Source: Verrucomicrobiota bacterium
Lineage (GTDB): Bacteria > Verrucomicrobiota > Verrucomicrobiia > Limisphaerales > UBA8199
Assembly: GCA_029974925.1 (NCBI GenBank)
Contig: JARKQH010000168.1
Span: 888 to 64,887, forward strand
Reading direction: 5' to 3'
Length of the DNA stretch: 64,000 nt
Positions within the stretch are counted from its first letter, which is position 1. Each line of letters starts with the position of its first letter. A program made the position numbers and the translations under genes. Shown here one piece after another: positions 27,166-37,027 of this stretch. Under the pieces are notes generated by a model, which saw only the letters and a list, made by a program, of their open reading frames with translations, did not search any database and was not told the DNA's origin.

Positions 27166-27202
27166 TGGGAACGCTTTTTTTGAGCGTCCGGGCTAAAAAC
27201 AT

Positions 27203-27502
27203 ATGATTTCAAACGACAGACCATCGCCATACGGCAAACGGTCGCATGGGCATCCGCCTAAACCTCGGGTGGAGGAGGACACCATTCGATCCGAGAAAAT
27301 ACAGATTGAGCGGAAGAGCTTTCTGCTCGCACTGAAGGAGAACGCGCGGGGACGGTTTCTGCGCATCACCGAGGATGTGGGGGGGCGCCGCGACACCATC
27401 ATCATTCCCGCGCCGGGACTGGAGGATTTCCGAAACCTGGTGGACGAGATGCTGAGAGTTTCGAACGAGACGCCGCCCAAGACGCCGCCGGCGGAGGCGT
27501 AA
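27203..27502 (+). CDS. PUR-alpha-like (DUF3276) single-repeat nucleic-acid-binding protein
   Basis: KIQIERKSFLLALKENARGRFLRITEDVGGRRDTIIIPAPGLEDF resembles the bacterial Pur-alpha repeat. Confidence 0.65.
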   Translation: MISNDRPSPYGKRSHGHPPKPRVEEDTIRSEKIQIERKSFLLALKENARGRFLRITEDVGGRRDTIIIPAPGLEDFRNLVDEMLRVSNETPPKTPPAEA

Positions 27503-27518
27503 AGCCCCCTCCGGGCCT

Positions 27519-29855
27519 TCAAAGTCCAGGACGCTGCGCGGGCACAATGAGCCCCGCGTCAACAAGCTGGTTCGTACCGATCTGCCGGCCGTGGATTGCC
27601 AGGAGGTTGTTCCCTGGGCGCAAACTGGCCGCTGCGGCCGGGGAGAGTGGCATTTCAACGTAACCGGCGCTTTGCCCCTTAACCGCAGCCGCAAGGATTC
27701 CGTTGAGATAAACCTCGGCTTCGGCATCGTGACAGATCAGGAGGCGGGGGGTGGCCGTCGGTCCGGAAGGAATCAAGAACTGGCGGCGAAGCCAGATTCC
27801 CGGTGTGCTCCATTCCGTCCGGATGTGGTGGCTGGCCTCAAAGGTGTGCCGTCCAAAGGCGGAGGTCCCTTGGCGCCACAGTCCCGCATCGTATCCTGGG
27901 CGGGCCCAGGCCGGGCCGGGCGGCTGCGTTGTGTACCGCCAGACAACCCGGCCATATGGAGCGGTGGGGGAGAGCCAGTGAATGGAGTTCTCCTGGAGCC
28001 GGCCCCGGTTGGCTGCCCGGACTGATTCCGCATTGATTTTGACCAGGGCCCGGTCATAGGTAACCAGCCCGTTGCACTCTGTTTCCACATCCGAAAGCTG
28101 CGTATAGATGGCCGCGCTTAGCCCGCTGCTGTTGTGCAGCGCCCAAACGCGGTTCAAGAGTTCGGCATAGCGCGCGGTCAGCTCCGCTGTGTCCTGAACG
28201 GTCGCGTAGCTCCAAGTCCTGGGTGCCCATAGATGGTTGGTCATGGCCAAACCCAGTCCCCCAAATTCCCCCAACACCGCCGCCCGAATCGGGTCCGGCG
28301 CCGGGGCCTCGGGTCCCGGGTAACTGTGAATGTCCACCACATCCCCAGTGCGCTTGTCAATCCAACCACTGGCGCTGCTCACGAGCCGTGAGGGATCAAA
28401 GGACTTCAGCCACGCGGTCAGCCGCGGGGTATCATACTGCCCCCATCCCTCATTGAACAAAACCCAGAGCACCACGCTGGGGTGATTGCCGAGGTTCTCG
28501 ACCATGCGCTGCAGCTCGATTTCGAATTGCTGCCGGGCGGCGGGGGTGACGTTGTTGCCACTGGGCATGTCCTGCCAGACAGCCAGGCCGAGGCGATCAC
28601 ACCAGTAATACCACCGCTGGGGTTCGACCTTGACATGCTTCCGAACCGTATTGAAGCCCAGTCCCTTAAGCATCTCGAGATCCTCCCGCCAAGCCTCGTC
28701 CGCCGGCGCAGCATGGAGGCCGTCCGGCCAAAAGCCCTGGTCCAGCACGCCCAACTGCAGCTCGAACCGGCCGTTGAATGCCAGGCGGGGCAAACCGGCC
28801 GCATCGCGCCGAACCGACAGCGAGCGAAGACCGAAATAGCTGGTGACCCGGTCCAGACTCACCTCATTCTGCTCCATTGAAATGTCAAGGTCATACAGGA
28901 AAGGGTCCGCAGGGGACCACAAACGGGGCTGCTCGATTTTGAGTTCAAGCGGGGAATTGGCGGGCCCCTCAGCGCGAACTACCGGCACCCCGTTCGAAAG
29001 GGCCACCACTTTTACCCGGAAGGACTCGTTGATTCGGTTGGCCAGGACCGTGAGCCGCAGGAGGCTGCGGTCGAGGTCGGGATGCATTCGAAGGCCTTCG
29101 ATGCGGGCGAAGGGCACGGGTTCCAGCCAGACCGTCTGCCAAATGCCGGACGACGGCATGTAGAAAATCCCGCCCGGGTTGCGTGATTGTTTGCCCCGGG
29201 GCTGGTTGCCTTCCGTCGGGTCCTGCACCGCAACGAGGATTTCGTTCGGCTCGTGGCGTTTGAGGTAGGAAGAGATTTCCACGCTGAAGGGGTCATAGCC
29301 GCCCCGGTGCCGGGCCGCCTGCCTTCCGTTCACGAATACTCGCGAATCCCAGTCCACTGCCCCGAAGTGCAGCAGGAGGCGGCGCTCGAACCAGTCGGCG
29401 GGGATTTGCACGGTTCGCCGATACCACAAGGTGTTGGTTTCCCACAGCCGCCGGCCCACCCCGGATAACGCCGATTCAACAGGGAACGGAACCAAAATGG
29501 AGCCGTCGAAATTCGTGGGTGGGGGTTCCGAAGCCTCCGTAATGGCGTAGTCCCACAGGCCATTGAGGTTCAACCAATCGGGACGAACCAGTTGGGGGCG
29601 CGGGTATTCAGGGTGAACATTGGTCGGATGGACCGTGGCAGCCCAGCGCGTAACCAGCGGGTTGGGTACCATGCGCCAGTCGGCGGAAAAACCTGAAACA
29701 ACGAAAAGGCCGAGAGCGGGAAGGCCCAATCGCCAGCCCACGGAGAGTGCCAACCGAAGGAGGCAGAAGGTGGGTAAACACAACGCTGCATTCCGGGCTT
29801 CGGACTCGGAGCGGGGAATCAGAGGCGCCGCTGGCTTGGGACAAGGCGAGCTCAT
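27519..29855 (-). CDS. GH2-family glycoside hydrolase with an extra C-terminal jelly-roll-like module
   Basis: Sugar-binding domain WYRRTVQIP..LLLHFGAVDWDSRVFVNG. TIM-barrel acid/base region WVLFNEGWG. Its ATG overlaps the regulator stop (ATGA). Confidence 0.85.
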   Translation of the reverse strand: MSSPCPKPAAPLIPRSESEARNAALCLPTFCLLRLALSVGWRLGLPALGLFVVSGFSADWRMVPNPLVTRWAATVHPTNVHPEYPRPQLVRPDWLNLNGLWDYAITEASEPPPTNFDGSILVPFPVESALSGVGRRLWETNTLWYRRTVQIPADWFERRLLLHFGAVDWDSRVFVNGRQAARHRGGYDPFSVEISSYLKRHEPNEILVAVQDPTEGNQPRGKQSRNPGGIFYMPSSGIWQTVWLEPVPFARIEGLRMHPDLDRSLLRLTVLANRINESFRVKVVALSNGVPVVRAEGPANSPLELKIEQPRLWSPADPFLYDLDISMEQNEVSLDRVTSYFGLRSLSVRRDAAGLPRLAFNGRFELQLGVLDQGFWPDGLHAAPADEAWREDLEMLKGLGFNTVRKHVKVEPQRWYYWCDRLGLAVWQDMPSGNNVTPAARQQFEIELQRMVENLGNHPSVVLWVLFNEGWGQYDTPRLTAWLKSFDPSRLVSSASGWIDKRTGDVVDIHSYPGPEAPAPDPIRAAVLGEFGGLGLAMTNHLWAPRTWSYATVQDTAELTARYAELLNRVWALHNSSGLSAAIYTQLSDVETECNGLVTYDRALVKINAESVRAANRGRLQENSIHWLSPTAPYGRVVWRYTTQPPGPAWARPGYDAGLWRQGTSAFGRHTFEASHHIRTEWSTPGIWLRRQFLIPSGPTATPRLLICHDAEAEVYLNGILAAAVKGQSAGYVEMPLSPAAAASLRPGNNLLAIHGRQIGTNQLVDAGLIVPAQRPGL

Positions 29856-30487
29856 TGGCGGTAGAACTTGGCGACAGCTTCGGTGCGAGTGTGGACGTGC
29901 AGCTTTTCATAGATGCGGCGCACATAGTTCCGAACCGTGTGGATGCTGACCCCAAGGCGGTCGCCAATTTGCTTGTAGGGGCAACCCTCGGCCAGCGCCA
30001 GCAGGACCTCGCGCTCCCGCGCGGACAATTCCGCGTCTCCACCCGCGGCGGGTCGGGGAGATTGAAAAGACTGAACGACTTTGCGGGCAATGGAGGCCGA
30101 CATGGGGGCGCCTCCGCCGTGGACTTCCCGGATGGCTTCCAGCAATTGCGCGGGCGGCATGCGTTTGAGGAGATAACCGCTCGCGCCGGCCGCCAGCGCT
30201 CGAAAAATGCGGTCCGTATCCTCGAACACGGTGAGCATGAGAATTTGGGAATTGGGGAGCAGCGGCTTGAGCCGCTGAACGCACTGAATGCCGTTCAAGC
30301 CCTCCTCGAAATTGATGTCCATGAGCACGACGTCGGGCGCTTCTTTGGGAAGCTGCGCCAACGCTTCGTCGGCCGTCGCATAGGTGCTGACGCAACGAAT
30401 GTCGGCAGCCGAGTTCAAATAGCCGGCGATGTTCTCGCGAACTCCCGGATCGTCTTCAACAAGGGAAACCCGAATGATCGGCTTCAT
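29852..30487 (-). CDS. NarL/FixJ-type response regulator
   Basis: Receiver domain (VSLVEDD, VVLMDINF, MLTVF) plus LuxR HTH (LSAREREVLLALAEGCPYKQIGDRLGVSIHTVRNYV). ATGA overlap with the kinase stop. Confidence 0.9.
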   Translation of the reverse strand: MKPIIRVSLVEDDPGVRENIAGYLNSAADIRCVSTYATADEALAQLPKEAPDVVLMDINFEEGLNGIQCVQRLKPLLPNSQILMLTVFEDTDRIFRALAAGASGYLLKRMPPAQLLEAIREVHGGGAPMSASIARKVVQSFQSPRPAAGGDAELSAREREVLLALAEGCPYKQIGDRLGVSIHTVRNYVRRIYEKLHVHTRTEAVAKFYRQ

Positions 30488-33400
30488 AAGGCTGGGGCGG
30501 GGGCTGGAGAGGCTTCAATGGTGGCCAGCGGCAGGGTCAGCGTTATTGCAGTGCCCCGCCCGGGCTGGCTTTGAATTTCACACCGCCCGCCAATGGTTCC
30601 CAGGCGGGCGCGCATGCCCCGCAAGCCCGTTCCGCCCCGCCGCCAACCGGCGGCGGGTGGGTGGGGAGGCTCGGCCAGGGGCGGCGGAAGCACAAATCCG
30701 CAGCCGTTGTCCGAGATGTGGATTACGAAGCAACCATCGGCAGTGGTCATTCTAATGGCGAGGTGGGTCGCTTTCGAATGTTTGAGCGCATTTCCCAGTG
30801 CCTCCTCGAACGCAAGAAACAGGTTGTGCCGCACCTCGGCTGAGAGCGCTCGCTCGGGAACCGTGCCCGGCATTTTCAGGTCGTAAGGCAGCGCCGTGTT
30901 CTGAAGATACTCCGCCGTGTATTGGCCCAGGTAGGCGACCAGGTGCTCCAAGGAGTCATTGCGTGGATCCACCGCCCAGACAATTTCGTCCAGCGAGTGG
31001 AGCAGGTCCCGCGACGTGCTCGCGATGGAATCAAGCTTGTTGGCGGCAGGGGACACCTCGGCCAGCTCGTTGCGGGCCCGCTCGCACAGAAAATTGATGC
31101 GCGTGAGCTTGGAGCCCAGCTCGTCATGCATGTCGCGGGCAATGCGGGAACGTTCCCTTTCCATCGCCTGCTGGGCCTGCACGCGGGCGAGTTGCCGGCG
31201 CAACCGGCGATGGGAAAGCTTTCGGGCGGCGGTCGCCGCGAGTGCGATGGGCAGGATCACTTCGAGAACAACGATCCAGGGGCTCAGCCACCACGGTGGC
31301 GGCACCACCAAGGCCAGTTCGGTTTCCGCCCCCGTCCAGCTCCCCTCAGCGTCGCTGGCCGTCACCCGAAACCGGTACTCGCCGGCGGGCAACCGCCCAT
31401 ACCGTGCCCGGCGGTTGCCCGGGCTATCCTGCCAATCCGGATCAAAGCCCTCGAGTTGGTGCCGGAACCGCGTGCGTTCCGGAAAGGTCAGCGACGGGGC
31501 GGTGAACTGCAATTCGAGATCGCGCAAGCCGGACGGAAGCCGGAGCGCTGCCGCGGAACTGGCTGCGGCCAGGCGGGGTTGGGCCCGCCCATCGGCCAGC
31601 ACAGCCTCCACTCTCACACGCGGAGCCGGACGAAGCGGTTGAAGGGCCGAAGGCGCGAAATTCACCACCCCCGACTCCGTTGCGAGCCAGATTCGGCCGT
31701 CGCGCGATCGCAGGCTTCGGGGCCAGCCCAAGGCTCCGCTCGGGGCTGTCGCCGCCGGAAACTCGATCAGCAAAGGCAGGCGTTCGTGGGAAGAGGAGCT
31801 GCCCCCGATCCAGGTCCGCGGCAGGCGCGAGACGCCCCTCGCTGTGGCCAGCCAAAGATCCCCTCTGACAGATTCCTCCAAGCCAATCACCGCGTTGTCG
31901 GGCAGACCATTGGTCAAAGTCCAATGACGCCAGGCTTCGCCGGTTTGACAATAAAGGCCGGCCCCGGCGGTGCCCACCCAGAGTCGCCCGGCGGAATCTT
32001 CCAGCAGCGCGGTGATGGGCTTGCCCGAGGCCATGGCAGGGTCCGACACGCGACGAAACCGATTCGGCGGCTCGAAGCGCAGCACCTCGCCCTTGCTGGT
32101 ACCGACCCAGACTCCTGCAGTCGCAGCAGGCCGGATCGCGGTGATCGGGTCTCCCGTCAAGCCCTCTTCCCTCCCAAAACTGACCCGCGCCAGCCCCACG
32201 AAACGATGAAGACAACCATCCCCTGTGGAAACCCAGGTCCGCCCACCTCCGACGGTGCAGGAGGCCAGGATGGAATCATCGCCCAGCCCCTGGGCCAGCG
32301 TGAACCGCATCACCCGACCGTCCAGCATCCGGTGCAATCCATTGCCCAGGGTTCCCAGCCACAGTGTCCTGTCCCGATTGAACGCCAGGGTCGTGATGAG
32401 GTTCTGGGCCGCCAGCGGGGCAGGGACGGTGGCGGGATCGAGCACTCCGCCTCTGCCTGCGAGCAATCCTCCGTGTTGAAACCCGGCCCAGATTGTCCCG
32501 GTGGGGTCTTCTGCCAGGCAAGTGGCCGGCCCGCCCGGCCCGGAAAACCAGCGGACTGTCCGTTCCCGCAAGCGCAGGAGACCGCCCCGCTGCGTGCCGA
32601 CCCAGAGATTGCCCTCCCGATCGGAAAACAGCGCCCTCACTTCCGAGTGGTCCCGGCTCTCCCACAGATCCACAGCACGAAAACGCCCGCCGTCGAAATG
32701 GAACAGGCCCTGCCCCGTCGTCCCAATCCACAGTTCACCCGGCCGCCCTTCGCAGATGGTCCACACCTGAAGCGTGGTGGCGCCTCCGCCGCGAAAATAG
32801 TTGAATCGCCGGCCCGCCGAAAGGTTCAAAAGGTACGAGTCGCCAAAAGCCCACAGCAAACCATGGCGGTCCTCGAAAATGCCCAGGAACGGCGAGCTCT
32901 GTCCCGAAACCTCGGGCCCAAACCGCGCGGGGCGGAGCATTCCGTCAACGACTTGGCGCAAACCCGACCGTGTGCTAACCCATACTCCATTGGAACGGGT
33001 GACATGCAACCCCAGAACGGCGGGGTCGGCCAGGGCCGGGTCGGCCAACAGGCGCTCGAAGCGTCCCTCTTGCCACCTCACCAAGCCCTGATCGGTGCCG
33101 ATCCAGACTTCCCCTTGCTCTCCCGCTCCGAGACAGGAAATCGGCTCGTCTCGCAGCCCCATCGGCGTCGCTTCGCTCTGCCACTCGGTTTCCGAAGCCA
33201 GACGGAACACCCCATGCTTGGGGGTGCCAAACCACAAATGGCCCTTCGCGTCCACGCATTGAGCGGTGACGGCCAGGTTGGTGGCATGATCCGCGCGAGG
33301 ATTGACGGAAACGAATGACCACCCATCGAATCGTACCAAGCCGCGCGGTGTTCCCACCCAAAGGAAGCCATCACCGGTCTGCTCGATGGAGGTGACGGAA

Positions 33401-33621
33401 TTGTCGAGCAGACCGTCCTCGACGGACCAGAACTGAATTTCAAATTCCGCCGTGTCCACCCGATGCGCGGCAGGCGCCCTCCCCGCCCCGATCGCCAGGA
33501 CATACCCCACCCCGGCCATCAACACGGTCCGCAAAAACCTTGGCCGGTCAAAGGGGTGAATTCCGGTTGGCCGTAGCCGCGCCATCATGGATTTCTTATC
33601 AGTGGCCAGGATGAGTGGCAA
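30484..33621 (-). CDS. sensor histidine kinase with periplasmic two-component-regulator propeller repeats and a Y_Y_Y domain
   Basis: Many Reg_prop-like repeats (..LWVGT..GL..). YYY-like region YRFRVTASDAEGSW. One TM segment. HisKA_3 RIARDMHDELGSKL, plus HATPase. Confidence 0.85.
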   Translation of the reverse strand: MPLILATDKKSMMARLRPTGIHPFDRPRFLRTVLMAGVGYVLAIGAGRAPAAHRVDTAEFEIQFWSVEDGLLDNSVTSIEQTGDGFLWVGTPRGLVRFDGWSFVSVNPRADHATNLAVTAQCVDAKGHLWFGTPKHGVFRLASETEWQSEATPMGLRDEPISCLGAGEQGEVWIGTDQGLVRWQEGRFERLLADPALADPAVLGLHVTRSNGVWVSTRSGLRQVVDGMLRPARFGPEVSGQSSPFLGIFEDRHGLLWAFGDSYLLNLSAGRRFNYFRGGGATTLQVWTICEGRPGELWIGTTGQGLFHFDGGRFRAVDLWESRDHSEVRALFSDREGNLWVGTQRGGLLRLRERTVRWFSGPGGPATCLAEDPTGTIWAGFQHGGLLAGRGGVLDPATVPAPLAAQNLITTLAFNRDRTLWLGTLGNGLHRMLDGRVMRFTLAQGLGDDSILASCTVGGGRTWVSTGDGCLHRFVGLARVSFGREEGLTGDPITAIRPAATAGVWVGTSKGEVLRFEPPNRFRRVSDPAMASGKPITALLEDSAGRLWVGTAGAGLYCQTGEAWRHWTLTNGLPDNAVIGLEESVRGDLWLATARGVSRLPRTWIGGSSSSHERLPLLIEFPAATAPSGALGWPRSLRSRDGRIWLATESGVVNFAPSALQPLRPAPRVRVEAVLADGRAQPRLAAASSAAALRLPSGLRDLELQFTAPSLTFPERTRFRHQLEGFDPDWQDSPGNRRARYGRLPAGEYRFRVTASDAEGSWTGAETELALVVPPPWWLSPWIVVLEVILPIALAATAARKLSHRRLRRQLARVQAQQAMERERSRIARDMHDELGSKLTRINFLCERARNELAEVSPAANKLDSIASTSRDLLHSLDEIVWAVDPRNDSLEHLVAYLGQYTAEYLQNTALPYDLKMPGTVPERALSAEVRHNLFLAFEEALGNALKHSKATHLAIRMTTADGCFVIHISDNGCGFVLPPPLAEPPHPPAAGWRRGGTGLRGMRARLGTIGGRCEIQSQPGRGTAITLTLPLATIEASPAPAPAL

Positions 33622-33663
33622 GAAGGCAGTCGGCGCCCGGGGCTCTCCGCATGAGGGCCCCCT

Positions 33664-36600
33664 TCATGGCGTCTGGAGCCGGAAGAAGGTCTTCTCCTCG
33701 ACCGCTGGCAGGGTCAGCAAGAGGGAATCATTCCAGATCGCAGGGGTGTTGGTGACTGGAGTCCATGCCACCGGCGGAGTGAGGTTGGTGGTTTGATGCA
33801 GAACGAGTGGGGACGCCCAGGCCGGCCATGAGAGGGTGAGCTGGCCACCCGAGGCGTTCAGCGTCACGCTCGGCGGCACAAAACTGGCCGTGTAGGTGGT
33901 GTTGCCAGACGGGATGGTAATCACATGGGACCCTGCGCCGCCGTCAGACCAAAGCACGAAGGTGTAGTTGCTGCCACCAAGGGACTGGGGCGAGGGCGCT
34001 TCGAGAGTTCGGGAGAAACCCGCAACCGCCGGGATTACCGCTGGAGTGGTCCATGCCTGGCCATCAAGTTTGATTTCGAGGCCTGCGGGCACGCTCGCCA
34101 GTTCCACGTGCGCGATTTGCGGGGCCAGGTCTCGCCAGACCGTTTGTTGGTTGCCCTGGCTGTCGGTCGTCTGGAGTTTCAGCCGGTAAAAGGCATTGGT
34201 GGTGGCCAAACCGGTGGTTGGGACTTGAAGCGTTCCGTTGGTGACACCACTGACGGGACCGAATGCGGGGCTGCTCAAACCGTCCTGATGCAGTTCCCCA
34301 GACCAGGCGAACGCGGACGGAGCCAGGGGCGAGTCGGCGTAGTCATAAGCCGCGCCGGAGTAGGAGACGACGGCGCCGCCGGAATAGGTGGCGCCGACGG
34401 CCGGCTGGAGGATTACCGGCTGGGGGCCAAACAACTCTGCGGGGGAGAGCGCCCGTGAGCTAAGCCTGATAGAATCCAAACGGCCGTTCAAGTAAGGGTC
34501 GGCAGCGTATTGGCTCCGCCCAAAATACGCGCGCGGCGTGGCGATATCCGACGGCAGAACGTTTGCGCTGTGGTTGACTGCCACCGCCACGCCGTTGGTG
34601 TAAAGAATGGCCTGTCGCCCATCGAAAGTGACGGCGACATGGACCCACACACCGGTGGGCAGGCCGCCGGGAGATCGAACGACCTGCACGTAGTTTGGCC
34701 GGTCCGTGGTGATGGCGGCTTCCAACCGGCCGTCGGAATTGGCGGCGGTTAACATGATCCAGCGGCTGGTGTCGCTGCCAAAATCAAAAATTCGCTGCCA
34801 GGCTCCCCCCCCGTTCCATTTCACCCACGCGGCAAAGGTGCGAAAGGTCCCAACACCCGCCGGCAGGCTGGCGTACTGGTTCGCTCCCGACAGGTTCAGC
34901 ACGCTGCCCCGGACCGCGTCGGTTTGCACCGAAGCGCCGCCCATAAGCGAGGCGTGATAACGGTTGCTGGCATCAAGCCCGCCGGTGGTGAACGGATAAA
35001 ACGAGCCCCAGTCTGTCGTGGAGGTCCCGCGCGTGAGGTGAACGAAAGCAGTCTGCGTGCGGCCTGCGCTGTTGGTGGCGGTTAGCGCCACGCGGCAGAC
35101 CGCGCTCGTGCTCACGTTGGACGGGAGGCTGAAAACGCCCTCGCTGATGCCGCTGAGCGGCCCGACCACGATGTTGGTGGTCCCATTGTCCACCATCTCG
35201 ATTCGCCAAGTCAGCGCGCCGGGGCCCAGTGGCAGCTCGTTGAAATCCGTCGCGCTCCCTTGAAGCACGACGCTCCCGCCAGGCCACCAGGCCGCGCCTT
35301 CGGCCGGCCGGACAATCCGCGGCTGGGGTGCCGCAATTTCCGCTGCGGACAGGGCCCGGCCGTGAACGCGAAACTGGGCGATTTGCCCGTTGAAATCCGG
35401 GTCCGCGGAAAACTTGCTGCGGCCCAGGTGGTTGGTCTGAGCGCGCACATCCAGCGGAGACAGGTTCATTACGGTGTTGGTCGCCACCGGCGCCCCGTTG
35501 AGGTAAAGCACACCGCGGCTGCCATCCAAGGTGACGGCCACATGCGTCCAGACCCCCACCGGGACTGCACTGGTTGTTTCCAGGATTTGGGTCGTGCCAC
35601 TCGCGCGAATGTCGCAACGAAGCCGCCCGTTGCCGGACGACGGCGTCAGCATCACGTAGCTCGAGGTATCATTGCCAAAATCGAAAATGCGCTGCCAGGC
35701 GCCCCCCCCATTCCACTTGATGACCGCCGCAAAGGTGCGCGCGTAGGCCACGCCGGGCGGCAGACGCACATACTGGCCGGCGCCATTCAGATTCAGCACG
35801 CGACCTCGCGCCGGATCCGTAACCACGGTCGCTCCGCCCTCGAGCAGTCCGTAGTACTGTCCGCGCTCGTCTCGCGCATCAGTGTCGAAGTCGTAAATCG
35901 CCGACCAGTCGTTCGTGAACACCGGCCACAGGTCTGGCGTCCAGGACAGCGGCTGGAGGTCGAACTTGGCCTGTCCATAGGCTCCGTACCATGAGGCGTA
36001 GGCATTGGCATCGTAATAATGGTAGCTGAACCAGGTTTGGCCGTCCTGCTCGAGAAAAGCGGCATGGCCGGGACCCACGTACTTACCCGTGCCTTCCAGA
36101 AAGAGCGTGCCGCCTCGGTTCACCAAGTCCACGCCGTTGCGGTCCAGGTAGGGGCCGGTGATGCTCGTGCTGCGCCCCACGCGGATTTGGTAGGTGCTGT
36201 TCACGCCCGAACAGCAGGACCCCCAATTCACAAACAAATAGTAAAAGCCGCCGCGGCGGAGCAACCCGGCGGCCTCGATCGAACCGTTGTAGGCCACCCG
36301 ATAGGTTGGGGAATTTGAGGAAATGCGCAGGCCGGTTGCCAGATCAAGCTGGACCAGGTAGATGCCATTCCAATAAGAGCCAAACGCCAGCCACGGGTTG
36401 CCCGCCCCGTCCAGCACAACACTGGGGTCAATGGTGTTGTAGGGGCTGCCTTCCTGCGACTGGATGACGGGGCCGCGGTCGGTCCATTGATAGGTCGGGT
36501 CAGCCGGATCCAAGGTGGGATTGGTGACCAAGCCGATGGCCGAAACCTGCTTGCCCCACGTCGAAACCGAATAGTAGAGGCGGTATTCCCCGTTCAGATA

Positions 36601-36939
36601 AATGATGTCCGGGGCCCAGAACGTGTTCACGAACCCGGGCACGGCCGCCTGGGTCCAGGCGGGGGGACTCGAGAACACCGTAGGGCCCGCTTTCCAAACC
36701 ACTTTGTCGCTCGAGGATTTCGAAACGATATTGTCCCCCGTGCCATAAACATAGAACCGGTCTTTGCACTGAACGATGGTGGAGGGGTCATGGATGCCCA
36801 AATCACCCCGCAGATGGGGTGGGGCCGCGGGCGTGCCGAGCACGCTGGCGGCCCATGCGGACCCCATGATCGCAATCCGGAATAAATCCCGCCAGTGCCG
36901 GTTCGGACTGGCCGCGGTGGCTGGGAACAACTTTCGCAC
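33664..36939 (-). CDS. secreted GH43 (arabinanase-like) enzyme with 2 x (LamG plus Ig-like) units and an FFRL C-terminal tail
   Basis: GH43 blocks HDPSTIV, FWAPDIIYLNGEYRLYYSVS and IDPSVVLD..G..WLAFGSYW. Two LamG copies (WQRIFDFG.DTS). Ends ...KTFFRLQTP. Confidence 0.85.
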   Translation of the reverse strand: MRKLFPATAASPNRHWRDLFRIAIMGSAWAASVLGTPAAPPHLRGDLGIHDPSTIVQCKDRFYVYGTGDNIVSKSSSDKVVWKAGPTVFSSPPAWTQAAVPGFVNTFWAPDIIYLNGEYRLYYSVSTWGKQVSAIGLVTNPTLDPADPTYQWTDRGPVIQSQEGSPYNTIDPSVVLDGAGNPWLAFGSYWNGIYLVQLDLATGLRISSNSPTYRVAYNGSIEAAGLLRRGGFYYLFVNWGSCCSGVNSTYQIRVGRSTSITGPYLDRNGVDLVNRGGTLFLEGTGKYVGPGHAAFLEQDGQTWFSYHYYDANAYASWYGAYGQAKFDLQPLSWTPDLWPVFTNDWSAIYDFDTDARDERGQYYGLLEGGATVVTDPARGRVLNLNGAGQYVRLPPGVAYARTFAAVIKWNGGGAWQRIFDFGNDTSSYVMLTPSSGNGRLRCDIRASGTTQILETTSAVPVGVWTHVAVTLDGSRGVLYLNGAPVATNTVMNLSPLDVRAQTNHLGRSKFSADPDFNGQIAQFRVHGRALSAAEIAAPQPRIVRPAEGAAWWPGGSVVLQGSATDFNELPLGPGALTWRIEMVDNGTTNIVVGPLSGISEGVFSLPSNVSTSAVCRVALTATNSAGRTQTAFVHLTRGTSTTDWGSFYPFTTGGLDASNRYHASLMGGASVQTDAVRGSVLNLSGANQYASLPAGVGTFRTFAAWVKWNGGGAWQRIFDFGSDTSRWIMLTAANSDGRLEAAITTDRPNYVQVVRSPGGLPTGVWVHVAVTFDGRQAILYTNGVAVAVNHSANVLPSDIATPRAYFGRSQYAADPYLNGRLDSIRLSSRALSPAELFGPQPVILQPAVGATYSGGAVVSYSGAAYDYADSPLAPSAFAWSGELHQDGLSSPAFGPVSGVTNGTLQVPTTGLATTNAFYRLKLQTTDSQGNQQTVWRDLAPQIAHVELASVPAGLEIKLDGQAWTTPAVIPAVAGFSRTLEAPSPQSLGGSNYTFVLWSDGGAGSHVITIPSGNTTYTASFVPPSVTLNASGGQLTLSWPAWASPLVLHQTTNLTPPVAWTPVTNTPAIWNDSLLLTLPAVEEKTFFRLQTP
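34120..35901 (-). repeat. tandem ~295-aa coding duplication (LamG plus Ig-like unit, 2 copies)
   Basis: aa ~347-640 and ~645-940 of the GH43 protein align colinearly (RG.VLNL.GA.QY..LP.GV...RTFAA..KWNGGGAWQRIFDFG). Confidence 0.75.
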
Positions 36940-37027
36940 AAATTTCTTGCCGCCAGTTTACCCTCAAATTGCTCCCCCGTCATGTCCCATTAACGGGTGA
37001 CGCAAGAAATGTGAGAAACGGTCCCAG

